Below, in pieces: positions 10,325 to 20,286 of a stretch of 64,000 nt of DNA. The stretch's first letter is position 1, and the number at the start of each line of letters is the position of its first letter. The notes beneath the pieces were generated by a model. That model saw only the letters and a list, made by a program, of their open reading frames with translations, did not search any database and was not told the DNA's origin. Position numbers and translations under genes: made by a program. This DNA comes from a virus (taxonomy: Duplodnaviria > Heunggongvirae > Uroviricota > Caudoviricetes): the IMG/VR virus record IMGVR_UViG_3300037312_000757. The stretch is one strand, 5' to 3'.

Positions 10325-10560
10325 ATAACCTCCATGAATATTCCTGGAAGGATGACAATATCTTGGTATCTTCCTCAGAGATGGTTGATAGGAGGAAGTT
10401 ATTGAGTATAACCACTATGGGGAATTTGTGGAGTTCTCTCTGGGTTTCGTAATCATCTAGAGTGTTGATTGATTAACCTCCATGAATTGTCCTATGAACA
10501 ATTGATCTCATAGATGGTTATATCTGAGTTGTTTGTGGGGAAGGAACCACTAATGGGGAT
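10325..10560 (+). repeat. Degenerate ~140-150 bp tandem duplication in a non-coding spacer
   Basis: TAACCTCCATGAAT at 10326 and 10474, each followed by GATGGTT and AACCACTA(A)TGGGG. Confidence 0.6.
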
Positions 10561-10610
10561 ATGGTTATGTGGGAAAGCCACCAGTGGATAGTGGCTTTGT
10601 TGTGTGGGGA

Positions 10611-11051
10611 TTACAGTTTTGTTTTGAGTAATGGACTCAGATATAGGTCACGTGGAGTGACTCTGTTCAGTTGTTGTGCGTTCAGCAGTGGGGTGTTGAT
10701 GTATTCGAAGCCGGCGGCGATGAGTTCTGAGCAGAACCATCGTTTGTCGTTATTCCAATCTGATCTAAATGGCATTCCTGCGATAGCCATGAAGTCATAT
10801 GGTTTGCCGATTTGGTTGTAGAACCAGGCCATCAGGGATTGTTCTAGTTCTAGTGGGAGTTCGATGTATCGGATTTCTTCTTTGATGACTGGGGTGTAGT
10901 TCCAGGGGCGGATTTGGACGCCGCCATTAGCTCGTGCTCCTAGCCATCCTTCTAATGTTTTGACGTCGACGTGAGACCAGTCGCCCCAAGTCCAGAATTT
11001 GATGAATTCTGATACTGGGCCTGTGCCGTCTACGAAGCGGATTTCGATCAT
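10611..11051 (-). CDS. Permuted papain-like (YiiX/YebB, NlpC/P60 superfamily) amidase
   Basis: WSHVD, GKPYDF, WFCSELIA and VTPRDL motifs; start MIEIRF after GGGGAG RBS. Confidence 0.8.
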   Translation of the reverse strand: MIEIRFVDGTGPVSEFIKFWTWGDWSHVDVKTLEGWLGARANGGVQIRPWNYTPVIKEEIRYIELPLELEQSLMAWFYNQIGKPYDFMAIAGMPFRSDWNNDKRWFCSELIAAGFEYINTPLLNAQQLNRVTPRDLYLSPLLKTKL

Positions 11052-11137
11052 AGTTGATCTCCCCAAGTTGTTTTTCCTTAAAAATATTTATGGGGAATTC
11101 GGTCGAAATGAAGTACTCAGATAATGCGTGGATGGTC

Positions 11138-11166
11138 GAAGAGCCACTCATAATGAGTGGCTCTTC
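11138..11166. terminator. Intrinsic terminator
   Basis: GAAGAGCCACTCA-taa-TGAGTGGCTCTTC. Confidence 0.75.
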
Positions 11167-11183
11167 GAGAATAGTTGGTAGAC

Positions 11184-11783
11184 TTAGATCTGGATAGTTT
11201 GTGTGATGCCAACTGCTTGTTGGTTAACCACCAGAGTGTAGTTAGGAATCACATCTTTGATCATGTTTGTTGGGCTGTCGATAGCTACACCATTTACGGT
11301 AAGAGCTGCATCGCAAGCTGCGAAAGTTTGAGTCCAAGATGTTGGAGTGTAAATTGACGACATTGTGCTAGTTGTCGATGTGACGGACAAGCTGGAAATA
11401 CCATTATCGTTTGAGACATTAGATACAGTAATATTGATTACATTTGACACGCCGGTAGTCAAGCAAGCCAGAATTAAATGTGTGCCATCTGTACCTGGCA
11501 GCGCATATGCGATCAAATGTTGACTGAGTGGTGACGCATTGATTGCTTGGATGATGCCAGCAATGGTATCGTTTGTTGAATCAATAGTTATCTCAACGCT
11601 TTGTGAATTCACGGAGATATTAAGTGTGCCATTGCCCAATTGTGCTTCTGAACTAAAAGCAGCAGATGTCAGGGTTTGAGCTTGCGCCACTTGTGTTACT
11701 TCGACGTTATATGATGTTGTTGGAATTTCAGCAGCAGGGATCAGTTGAATTCCGGTGCCATTAATAATTGAATACGTGCTCAT
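11184..11783 (-). CDS. FliD (flagellar cap, HAP2)-like central domain protein lacking the terminal helices
   Basis: SYNVEVTQVAQAQTLTSAAF, GTLNISV, IDSTNDTIAGIIQAIN, GTDGTHLIL, VSNVSNDNGISSLSVTS and DAALTVNG recall the central head region of Burkholderia-type FliD. Confidence 0.75.
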   Translation of the reverse strand: MSTYSIINGTGIQLIPAAEIPTTSYNVEVTQVAQAQTLTSAAFSSEAQLGNGTLNISVNSQSVEITIDSTNDTIAGIIQAINASPLSQHLIAYALPGTDGTHLILACLTTGVSNVINITVSNVSNDNGISSLSVTSTTSTMSSIYTPTSWTQTFAACDAALTVNGVAIDSPTNMIKDVIPNYTLVVNQQAVGITQTIQI

Positions 11784-11822
11784 TTTAAACCTCTAGTTAG
11801 TAGGGAATATTTATCCAAAAGA

Positions 11823-11849
11823 AAAGAGCCATCCTTAGGATGGCTCTTT
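11823..11849. terminator. Intrinsic terminator
   Basis: AAAGAGCCATCC-tta-GGATGGCTCTTT. Confidence 0.8.
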
Positions 11850-11864
11850 ATACCTCATATCTGT

Positions 11865-14033
11865 TTATGTTGCTTTGATTACGAACTTTGTGAATGGCAA
11901 AGCAGAAGGAATCAAAGGAGTGCGATATGATGTGGTGTCTGGTACCAGGAAGTTGGTGATGTTATTATTACCACCAGCGATTGATAGCATACCGTTATTA
12001 CCCATAAGCGTCCAAGATTGGATCATGTCAGAGGTGGTACCAGTAACACCTTGGCTCCAGTTAATGCCGTCATTGCCATACCAATAGCTACCGCCACCGC
12101 CGTAAATCACGAAGTAACCGTTGATATAAGCGACGCCCTTCGCGTTAGTTGAAATTGGTGCTGGGAAAGTACGTTGAACCCAAGTATTACCACCGTCAGA
12201 TGAGTAAACGTAAGTTGAGTTGCCTGATGAGTTGATTGTCAGCAGAGCTTTGCCGTTACCATAAGCTACGCCGGTGATAATGGCACTTGTAATTGAAGTG
12301 ATACTACCGGAAATCCAAGTTACACCGAGGTCGTTTGACACTGAAACACCACCACCAATAACGGTAATGTCTACCAGTGTATTTCCAAGACTGAACATCG
12401 TAATACCAGTAGTGGAACCAACAGAGTTGTTGTTTGGCCAAGGCATTGAAGTTTTTGCTACTGTGGTGACACCGTAGTCGGCAGTCATTACGAAGTTAGC
12501 CCCGATTTGACCACCAATAAAAATGTTTTCGCCAACATTACATACGGATGATGGGACCCAAGTTAGTGTAGGTGAGTTTATTGTCCAGTTTACGCCATCT
12601 GATGACGAAGCAATAAACACACCATTACCAGTAACTGGTGTACCCCACAAAATAAATTTTGTTGGGGTCACGAATGCTTGGCGCCAGTAAATAGGCACAG
12701 TTTGGCTTGTGATAGCTGAATATGTCCATGAAGCACCGCCATTAGTGGTGATAGCTACTGGAACGGAAACAGAAATTTGGTTAAATTGTGTGTTTTCGAA
12801 TGTGATCCATGTATTACCAACACTCATCATTGGATAGAACACTGGTAATGCCGTTGTCATAGTCAGAGGAACAATACCACCCAATGTTGACATGTCATTT
12901 GTCCAGTTTACCACAATTTGAGCACCGCTGGCATAATAACCTACGTTTACAAGTTGATTGCCGTAAACATGAGGGCTACCAAATGCTGTTGTGAAGAACG
13001 GGCCGCCGGAGGTATACAACGAAGCTTTAGATGTCCAAGTAATACCATCTGTTGAATACTGTGTGTTAGTCGTAGTGGCGTTAACAATAGTAACAATCAT
13101 CGCACCATTTGTCATAACTTCTACGTTGGCAAACGTGTTGCTGATTGCACCAGTGCGAGCAGTCCAGGTAACACCATCTGGTGAAGTATTGATGGTTGTA
13201 GATGCCGTGCCTGATGGGCCAACAAAGATAGAGAGTACTGAATTCCAACGGAGTGATGAAAAGCCTACTGTTGGACCACTGCGAACAGTCCAAGTTGTAC
13301 CATCTGGTGAAGTAGCGGTGTTATTAGTGCTAGTACCAGAAGTAACATAAACCCATGATGAACCGTTCCAATCCAAGCCTTTTGGGGTATATGTGGAAGT
13401 TGTACCAACAGTAACTGATGCAAATGTTACACCATCTGTACTTTTATAGACAACGTTATTGGTACCGTTTGTGTACTGAGCCAAATAAACGCCATTACCG
13501 TAACGAACAATACCAACAAAGTTGCTAAGTGGAAATGTAATTGAGGTTGCTGAAGACAGATTTAAATCTGAGTACATGTACCAAGTTGTGGAACTCAGGA
13601 ATGCAACATAGATATTGCCATTCGCCACGTTGATACTGTTAATCGTTGTTACGCCTGATGGGAATGTCAAAGTTTTCAGATAGGCGAGAGATGACAAATT
13701 ACCACCAGTTGTTCTGAACACTACACCAGTTAGACCAATAACAAAATATTCGCCACCGTAAGAGAAACCGATTGGGTTAGAACCCATATTATTGGTCGTG
13801 GCCTGTTTTGGCAAAGCTGATGGAATGCTTGTCTTTGTCCAATAGTCACCCATAAATGTTGGGGGAGTAATGGCAGCCAGAGCAGGATATGTAGAGGCGC
13901 TAAACTTAGCGCCGCTATCCACATAATTTGAATTTGAAAAGCCTGTTGGTACTTGCAATAGTTGGCCTGTTACAAGTGTTGAAGCACTAGTGGAAGCATT
14001 GCTTACTGAACCACCAAATGTAGAAATACCCAT
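11865..14033 (-). CDS. Asp-box (BNR) beta-propeller virion/receptor-binding protein
   Basis: 722 aa with many S-x-D-G-x-x-W repeats (SPDGTTW, SPDGVTW, STDGITW, SSDGVNW, SSDGGNTW). Confidence 0.8.
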   Translation of the reverse strand: MGISTFGGSVSNASTSASTLVTGQLLQVPTGFSNSNYVDSGAKFSASTYPALAAITPPTFMGDYWTKTSIPSALPKQATTNNMGSNPIGFSYGGEYFVIGLTGVVFRTTGGNLSSLAYLKTLTFPSGVTTINSINVANGNIYVAFLSSTTWYMYSDLNLSSATSITFPLSNFVGIVRYGNGVYLAQYTNGTNNVVYKSTDGVTFASVTVGTTSTYTPKGLDWNGSSWVYVTSGTSTNNTATSPDGTTWTVRSGPTVGFSSLRWNSVLSIFVGPSGTASTTINTSPDGVTWTARTGAISNTFANVEVMTNGAMIVTIVNATTTNTQYSTDGITWTSKASLYTSGGPFFTTAFGSPHVYGNQLVNVGYYASGAQIVVNWTNDMSTLGGIVPLTMTTALPVFYPMMSVGNTWITFENTQFNQISVSVPVAITTNGGASWTYSAITSQTVPIYWRQAFVTPTKFILWGTPVTGNGVFIASSSDGVNWTINSPTLTWVPSSVCNVGENIFIGGQIGANFVMTADYGVTTVAKTSMPWPNNNSVGSTTGITMFSLGNTLVDITVIGGGVSVSNDLGVTWISGSITSITSAIITGVAYGNGKALLTINSSGNSTYVYSSDGGNTWVQRTFPAPISTNAKGVAYINGYFVIYGGGGSYWYGNDGINWSQGVTGTTSDMIQSWTLMGNNGMLSIAGGNNNITNFLVPDTTSYRTPLIPSALPFTKFVIKAT

Positions 14034-14044
14034 GATTTAATCCT

Positions 14045-14917
14045 TTAGAAACCAGTTACCATAATCGACATATTGGCACTGGAACCAATAACTGTCACTG
14101 TCCAGCCCGCCGGCAGAACTGTAGAAAGATCACACAGAAGTGTTGTATTCGCCGAAACGGTCACATTGTTCAGATACGCATTCGCTGCACTAGCTGCACC
14201 ACCATTTGTGAAGTTCACAGAAATAGTCTGATCAGAACCAGATGAGTTACAAATGATCAATGAATTGACAGTTTCAGTCTTACCTGTTGGGACTGTATAT
14301 ACGACTGTAGAAGAGGTCGGCATCGCACCAAAGTACAGGCGTTGAATGTTTGAGGAGCCATTGCCAGAAACGTTAATAGTGACGCCAGTAGCACTTGCCG
14401 AACCCACTAAGCTACCACCATTGAGAATAACCATCTCAGTTGAAATCACCACAGTCTGGCCAGCAGCCACAGAACCATTTGAGAAAATAGCATTTGCAGC
14501 ACTAGCAGAACCACTCTGAGGAACAATATTTAGATTAACTGTAATGGCTGAACTAGTAGTATTCACCAATGTGATCTGAGTGAGCAACGTATCCTGACTA
14601 GCAGTTGCCAATGTAGCAGATGAAGTACCCAATACACCCTGATATGTCAGAACTGGAACTACTGATGACCCATTGGCGTTTGACCATGTCAATTGATTAC
14701 CAGTGCTTACTGACAATACTTGACCAACACCAGGTGTGACTGTAGGCCAAATCAGACCATTCAGAGCAATCTGAGTGGATGAAAGACTGAGAGGAGCAAC
14801 AGTACCATTGCCATCCTCCACAGTACGAAGCGTTGAGTCAAGTCCTGCACCCGTATTAGTGAGCTTCAACAACTCCTTATACGAATCCATCACTCGACGA
14901 TTGAATAATGATGGCAT
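14045..14917 (-). CDS. Virion protein with conserved N-terminal adapter domain (copy 2 of 4) and two internal repeats
   Basis: Start MPSLFNRRVMDSYKELLKLTNTGAGLDSTLRTVEDG after GGAGG RBS; duplicated ASAANA...V.A..T domain. Confidence 0.8.
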   Translation of the reverse strand: MPSLFNRRVMDSYKELLKLTNTGAGLDSTLRTVEDGNGTVAPLSLSSTQIALNGLIWPTVTPGVGQVLSVSTGNQLTWSNANGSSVVPVLTYQGVLGTSSATLATASQDTLLTQITLVNTTSSAITVNLNIVPQSGSASAANAIFSNGSVAAGQTVVISTEMVILNGGSLVGSASATGVTINVSGNGSSNIQRLYFGAMPTSSTVVYTVPTGKTETVNSLIICNSSGSDQTISVNFTNGGAASAANAYLNNVTVSANTTLLCDLSTVLPAGWTVTVIGSSANMSIMVTGF

Positions 14918-14959
14918 TCTTTCCCTCCTAATGAGATATAATACCATCAATATTTATGG

Positions 14960-16930
14960 TGAACCTTACAGGATATTACAACCACTATTGCTCAGAAGAA
15001 CTATATACCATCTTCCTCCTCAGAGGAAAGAACTCTCCATCCTCAGAGGAAAGAAACATGGCACCCGAGATTCTTTTAGAAAACTCGAAATTCTTTTAGA
15101 AATCCCCCTATAACGACCTTCCACCCGAGATTCTTCAATTCTCCCTCAGAGGAACCAACTACCATCCTCAGAAGAAAATACTAACCACCTCCACCCCTCG
15201 AGGAATCCTCAGAGGAAAGAACTCCAATAACCATCTTCCCTCAGAAGAACATAACCACAATTTCTTATACCCTCAGAGGAAAACCACAAAAAACATTTAC
15301 CAGCCACTAAAATCAATTACAAATCACACTTATGGCTTAAAATCAATTACCACCCTCAGAGGAAAGAACCGGTCATATACCATCCTCAGAGGAAGATAGT
15401 TTGTTGAATACATTTCCTCAGAGGAACTATCTTTCCTCCTCAGAGGAAGAAACCTGGTTTACAACTTGAATGCCACTTTTCCCCGAAAGAGTCCTACCAA
15501 GTTCACAAAAATATTGACGACACAGACAAAGAACACTATGGTGACGTGATTTTCGTTAATATGATGTACACACGGCGTCATCCTTTTACCATCTTTGATT
15601 CATCCTCAGAGGAAAAGATGAACTTCATCCTAGTTTCACCATTTCACCTACTGTTTCGTTATCGTGAATGACAGTTGGTGACGGTTCGCCTAACCGTTCA
15701 AATACTGTTCCATTACGAAAAAACGCGTCATCGCGGTATCGTTAACATGGCATTGAATAAGCATTGCTAAATATCATCACGAATATTTCATTCATGCTTC
15801 AAAATGTGTTCTAAACGATGCACCATGTTCATATTCCTTTCATCCTCTGAGGTTTCCTCAGAGTCGCTATCTGAGTTGTTCCTCTTCCTCCTCTAGTCTT
15901 TTCATTCACTCATTCTGTCCTCTGAGTAATTTTCATTACCACAGTTTCTAATCCTCTTTGATCTCTGAGGATTATCACTACTGTCGCTCTCATTGCTTTT
16001 ATTATCTGAGTTGGTATTGCTGTTCTCTTAGGAAAAAGTCTGTATTTAATTTTGCGTCTTTTAGTGACGTATAACAGTGAGTGTTATCTGAGATGTGGTT
16101 ATCTGAGAAATGGTCGGGGCCATTATTCTTGATATTGGTGATTTTCAAGTCTGAGGTGGTATTATCATTTAAGCTCTGAGGGATTTTCGCGGTGAAGTTT
16201 TTCTCAGAATTGCGGTAATCATCTGAGTGGGTGTTAAGTTCTTGGTGATGTTTGCGCGGGAAATTTATTTGGTAGCTCCTTCAGATTGGCTTTTCTTTTC
16301 GCGCGTGGTATTTGAATTTTGCGGAGAATTATTTCCAGAATGGTGCGGAGAATCGAACTGTGATTATGATGAAAACCTTTGAAAACCGTAGAAGAGCCTT
16401 GGTGGGGAAGCAGTGTGGGATCTGAGTGCAGAGCTGAGCGTGGTAGCGGAGAAGCGTGGTGAGCCTTGTGCGCGTGATGGTGCGGGAAATGATGTGAGGA
16501 GAATGACCCATAGAATGGGGAAGAGAATGGGGAAGGGAATTGGCTCTTGCGCGTGGGGAGCATTTTCCAGAATGAAGTCTAGAATGGGAGGGTGAAAAGA
16601 ATCATTTTGCCACTGAAATTGGGGAATGGCTGTATAAAAATTTCGCCAGCTTTACGCCAAATTTCGGGATTTAGGGTTTTGGCCCGAAAGACTTCCTGGA
16701 AAAAGCCAAAATTCTGGTCGCCGTGAAATCGTGAATTCCAGAAAATGACATGTCAAGAAATCGCCTATGGAGCGATTTTCACGTTTTCCAGAATGAGTCT
16801 AGAATTGAGTCAGAATATCATCTAGAATGAAACCAGAATAGAAACAGAAACCGCCATACCAGCCATCTACCACTCTTTCACCAGAATATCTTCTATGGCG
16901 AATTTTTCTTTGAAATTTTCTTTTGAAAGA
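14960..16930. repeat. 2 kb non-coding region with oppositely oriented CCTCAGAGG/TCTGAG repeats; candidate replication origin or protein-binding array
   Basis: Ten exact CCTCAGAGG at 15018-15612, about ten reverse TCTGAG at 15844-16430, AGAAT cluster at 16500-16890, visible A/C- to G/T-rich strand switch. Confidence 0.8.
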
Positions 16931-16953
16931 ATGGGCCATTATTAATGGCCCAT
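16931..16953. terminator. Intrinsic terminator
   Basis: ATGGGCCATT-att-AATGGCCCAT. Confidence 0.7.
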
Positions 16954-16985
16954 TTATGCAGCAAGATAGTTAGTATTACAAACTA

Positions 16986-17555
16986 TCAAGTGGTTGGTAG
17001 ATTATATCCATTAGCGTCTGGTTGATTGGAACCTACTGGTGATATCCATGTTACGTTTGTGATTTGATCGTAATCGGTCATAGCATTTATTTGAGTAGCC
17101 AGAGTTGCCTTTTGTTGTAGGCAGGCCAGTATTTGTGCTTTACCGTCTCTGCCTACTTGTTGGATCTGGGTGGTGTTGTGACTAAGATATGACCAGGTAT
17201 TGGTTGAGTTAGCGCACCAGAATGGGGTTGACCAGGATGTTTCGTTTGCTTGGACTGCCAGTACTGAGTCGAGGACTGAGGCTGAGAGGTTCTGTTGGTC
17301 CAGGTCTTCAGCGGGATAATGTAGCCAGGTTCCTGTAGCGTTTGAGTTGAAGCCCAGATAGATTTCGCTCTTGCAGGCGTCGTTCATCTGTTGGATCTTC
17401 CATGCTTTGTGATCGTCTAGTGAGTAGATTGGATCTGGTGTATTGCCATCGGATAGCCATGTTTCGTAATCATCCCAGTGACGAGAGCCTTGCGGGATGA
17501 TTTCATTTGTATCCTCGTTGATAACGATAGTTGGATCTGCTGTTAGTTTGTACAT
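16986..17555 (-). CDS. Tail fibre assembly chaperone (DUF4376-like)
   Basis: DYETWLSDGNTP, GFNSNATG..HYP..DQQNL, FWCA..W; follows a fibre gene. Confidence 0.75.
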   Translation of the reverse strand: MYKLTADPTIVINEDTNEIIPQGSRHWDDYETWLSDGNTPDPIYSLDDHKAWKIQQMNDACKSEIYLGFNSNATGTWLHYPAEDLDQQNLSASVLDSVLAVQANETSWSTPFWCANSTNTWSYLSHNTTQIQQVGRDGKAQILACLQQKATLATQINAMTDYDQITNVTWISPVGSNQPDANGYNLPTT

Positions 17556-17567
17556 AGTTAGGAGTCC

Positions 17568-19832
17568 TTATAGATCAGCGTCAGCGGTGGCGTGGATCAC
17601 ATAGGTATTATTAGCCGCGATTGTGGTTGGTGTGCCTACTGTTACGCCTGCTGCTGATATCTTTGAAACTGGTAGAGTTTGCGCCTGTACTGCGCCTGAA
17701 AGATTTGTCCAATATGGGGTCGAGTTATTACCGACTGTGTAGAGCGTTACGGTTGGTAGTCCTCGCATTGGTACATCAAATGACCAGTTAGCCCATTGTG
17801 AGAAGCCGGTTGAACCTTGGCTGATTGTTAGAGGTGTAGAGTAGATACCAGTGTTTGCTGCTGGTGTGGTAGCAGTTGGGAATGTTTTGCGGTAGAAGCG
17901 CAGACACTGCATGATTTCTTGATGTGTAGTTTGCACCATGTATGGTGTTGCTGCTGGTCCTGCTTCCAGTTGAACCTGTACCAGGTAGAATGAGAATGCT
18001 TGGCTTGTTGGTAGAACGAATTGGAGTGCCAGATAATCGTTACCGTTTGTACCGAGCGTGCCTGTTGTGGTTGGTAGGTTGAATGTGGCGGTTAGACGTG
18101 TGAAAGTTGAGCTGTTAACGGTAAAGTATTGAGTTGGTGTAGTAACGGTTGGTGATGGAGAACCGCCTGTTCCGAAGCATTGTGCTAAGTTTACACCAAG
18201 CTGGAATGAGCTTTGGGAACCAGCACCAAGAGCGACGCTGAATGAAACCGTACAAGTTTGACCGTTCAGAACGTAAATGCCTTCACAGCGGTGACTCAAC
18301 ATCAAAGATGTGAGGTTTGGGGCCACTGTTTGATTCCAAGAATACACACCGTATGGTCCAAGAGATGCGGTGAGACCAGCTGGTTGTGTTCCGGCCAGTG
18401 CTTGGCCGATCGTGAACGTGCCTGGTGATGTGCCCGCGTAATCAATGCGCCATTTGTCTGCCGTGTATGTACCTGACGCTGGAGTTGTCCAAGAGTTACC
18501 ACGCTGCCAGACGTCAAATTGGCCATTCAGAATACGATTTCTGCGGTACGGGACTGACTGAACAAATGCGGTTGAAGCAATTGAGTTATCGTTCTTCCCT
18601 AGTGGGACCACATTTGTCATTGTGTTGGTGATGTTCACACCTGAAGAATTCGAAATCACTTCTGACGAATCACCTGGTGTGATCAATGTGGTATTCGCAT
18701 TACCATTTGAAAGAACCAGTGAAAAACCGCCTGTGGTATTGTTGACGACTATCCACCATCCTTGTGATGGGAGAGTGACAGTTGCATTAGCGGTAAGTGT
18801 TCCTGAAATCTGCAGACAGGCATAATTGTATTGATTTGCAGCCAATATCGTATCGCCTGAAATTGTTATTGCAGTGGTACTGTTGCTCACTATCTGAACG
18901 AATTGTGTGGTTGCAATTTTGTGGCTGCTATCACCAGCTGGTGGTGTTGGTGCTACTTGGCTTGAAAGGAAAATACCGTAAGTATTGTGTAGGATTGCGA
19001 AACAAGACTCACCAGGTTGCAAGGTTAATGGTGAACCTGCTCCATTCGACATGACGAAAGTAATAGGTTGTGAACCACCATTCCAGAGAGTTGCCGAATC
19101 TGATTGACCAATACTTGGTGGTACTGATGGAAGCGTAATCGTTGCTGCGGTTGAACCCTGGAAATACAGAACTGAATACGCACATTCGTCTGGGGTCAAT
19201 GTCAGGTCACCAGTAACCGTAAAGGTATTCACCCCAGTTAATACTTGGGCAAGCCATCCCATGCTAACTGGTGCGAGACTAGGACTTAGCAGTGTGGTGG
19301 CGGGAACAACTGAGTTTGAGAAAGCCAATCCGGTACTCAAACCAATAACAGGTGCAACTGATGATTGCGGAATTACGATCGAACCGCCATTTGCAGTCGT
19401 TAGGGTAATAGAAAAAGCACCTGATGTTTCATTAACAACTAACCATTGACCTGCATTTGGTAGCGTAACAGTCACATTAGTGGTAAGAGTTCCGTTCAAA
19501 ACGATAGTGCTAGAACCAGCTTGGGCGGTAGACAGAATCACATTAGCGTTTGATAGCGTAATGTTTGATACACCTTTGGCTATGTTTTGAACGAACGCCG
19601 TGGTAGCGTAAAGAGTAGAACTGTCACCAGAAGTAGCTGTAACGCCGGTTGGTGAATTCATACCACCATAGGCGAGTGAATTCCAGGCTGTTGTGCCGTC
19701 TCCGATTTTGAAGTATTTGGTGTCAAGCTCAAGACCCAGTTCGCCTACTGCTAGAATCGGATTTGATGCTGTCCATTGTGCCGCATTTTGTCTGCGGAAT
19801 TGAATAGTGCCTTGATATGTGAATGCTGCCAT
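17568..19832 (-). CDS. Tail fibre with Mtd_N/hyaluronidase-type N-terminus and carbohydrate-binding-like C-terminal domain
   Basis: IQFRRQNAAQWTASNPILAVGELGLELDTKYFKIGDGTTAWNSLAY; RNRILNGQFDVWQRG...YTADKW...VQLEAG...CLRF. Confidence 0.85.
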   Translation of the reverse strand: MAAFTYQGTIQFRRQNAAQWTASNPILAVGELGLELDTKYFKIGDGTTAWNSLAYGGMNSPTGVTATSGDSSTLYATTAFVQNIAKGVSNITLSNANVILSTAQAGSSTIVLNGTLTTNVTVTLPNAGQWLVVNETSGAFSITLTTANGGSIVIPQSSVAPVIGLSTGLAFSNSVVPATTLLSPSLAPVSMGWLAQVLTGVNTFTVTGDLTLTPDECAYSVLYFQGSTAATITLPSVPPSIGQSDSATLWNGGSQPITFVMSNGAGSPLTLQPGESCFAILHNTYGIFLSSQVAPTPPAGDSSHKIATTQFVQIVSNSTTAITISGDTILAANQYNYACLQISGTLTANATVTLPSQGWWIVVNNTTGGFSLVLSNGNANTTLITPGDSSEVISNSSGVNITNTMTNVVPLGKNDNSIASTAFVQSVPYRRNRILNGQFDVWQRGNSWTTPASGTYTADKWRIDYAGTSPGTFTIGQALAGTQPAGLTASLGPYGVYSWNQTVAPNLTSLMLSHRCEGIYVLNGQTCTVSFSVALGAGSQSSFQLGVNLAQCFGTGGSPSPTVTTPTQYFTVNSSTFTRLTATFNLPTTTGTLGTNGNDYLALQFVLPTSQAFSFYLVQVQLEAGPAATPYMVQTTHQEIMQCLRFYRKTFPTATTPAANTGIYSTPLTISQGSTGFSQWANWSFDVPMRGLPTVTLYTVGNNSTPYWTNLSGAVQAQTLPVSKISAAGVTVGTPTTIAANNTYVIHATADADL

Positions 19833-20230
19833 TACGATGTTCCTCCGTCTATGACGACAATTTGGTAGAACAATGCATTGGTACTCGCATCCCCGCCGTC
19901 AAAGTTCAAAATTGGTGTGTTTACCAGATCATTGTAGTCACCACTTGTAGCCACATTTGCCAATCCATTTATGTCATTTGCGATCAAACAATGCCATTCA
20001 AAGGCATTGTTTGCTGGATTGATTCTTAGAACTTTGTTTGCGGCGAAGCCATTTGCCGGTATATGATAACCGTAAAGGCCAATTGCGTTGGTGCCTAGTT
20101 GAAGACCTGAAGGATTTCCTGCGCCATCTTCAACATTTCTGAGCGTTGCATCTAAACCAGTACCAGGATTGGTGACTTTTAGGAGTTCCTGATAAGCAGA
20201 ACTAGGCGAACGCCCTTTGAGAGATGACAT
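19832..20230 (-). CDS. Short virion protein with conserved N-terminal adapter domain (copy 3 of 4)
   Basis: MSSLKGRSPSSAYQELLKVTNPGTGLDATLRNVEDGAG after GGAG RBS; stop overlaps the start of the next fibre gene. Confidence 0.8.
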   Translation of the reverse strand: MSSLKGRSPSSAYQELLKVTNPGTGLDATLRNVEDGAGNPSGLQLGTNAIGLYGYHIPANGFAANKVLRINPANNAFEWHCLIANDINGLANVATSGDYNDLVNTPILNFDGGDASTNALFYQIVVIDGGTS

Positions 20231-20286
20231 TAAAAGCTCCTTTATTTTCACATATTTAGCAACTATTTGTTGTCAAAATTGCAATA

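Noticed and set aside
14990-15620. CRISPR array
   Set aside because: Repeat core is only about 9-13 nt, spacing is irregular (roughly 20-170 nt), orientation flips, and there are no cas genes.
16234-16595. Short ORFs inside the 2 kb repeat region
   Set aside because: Low-complexity translations of skewed DNA with no clear RBS or recognisable motifs.
17568-19832. Diversity-generating retroelement suggested by the Mtd_N-like domain
   Set aside because: No reverse transcriptase in the window and no visible template/variable repeat pair differing at adenines; this N-terminal domain is common in ordinary fibres.
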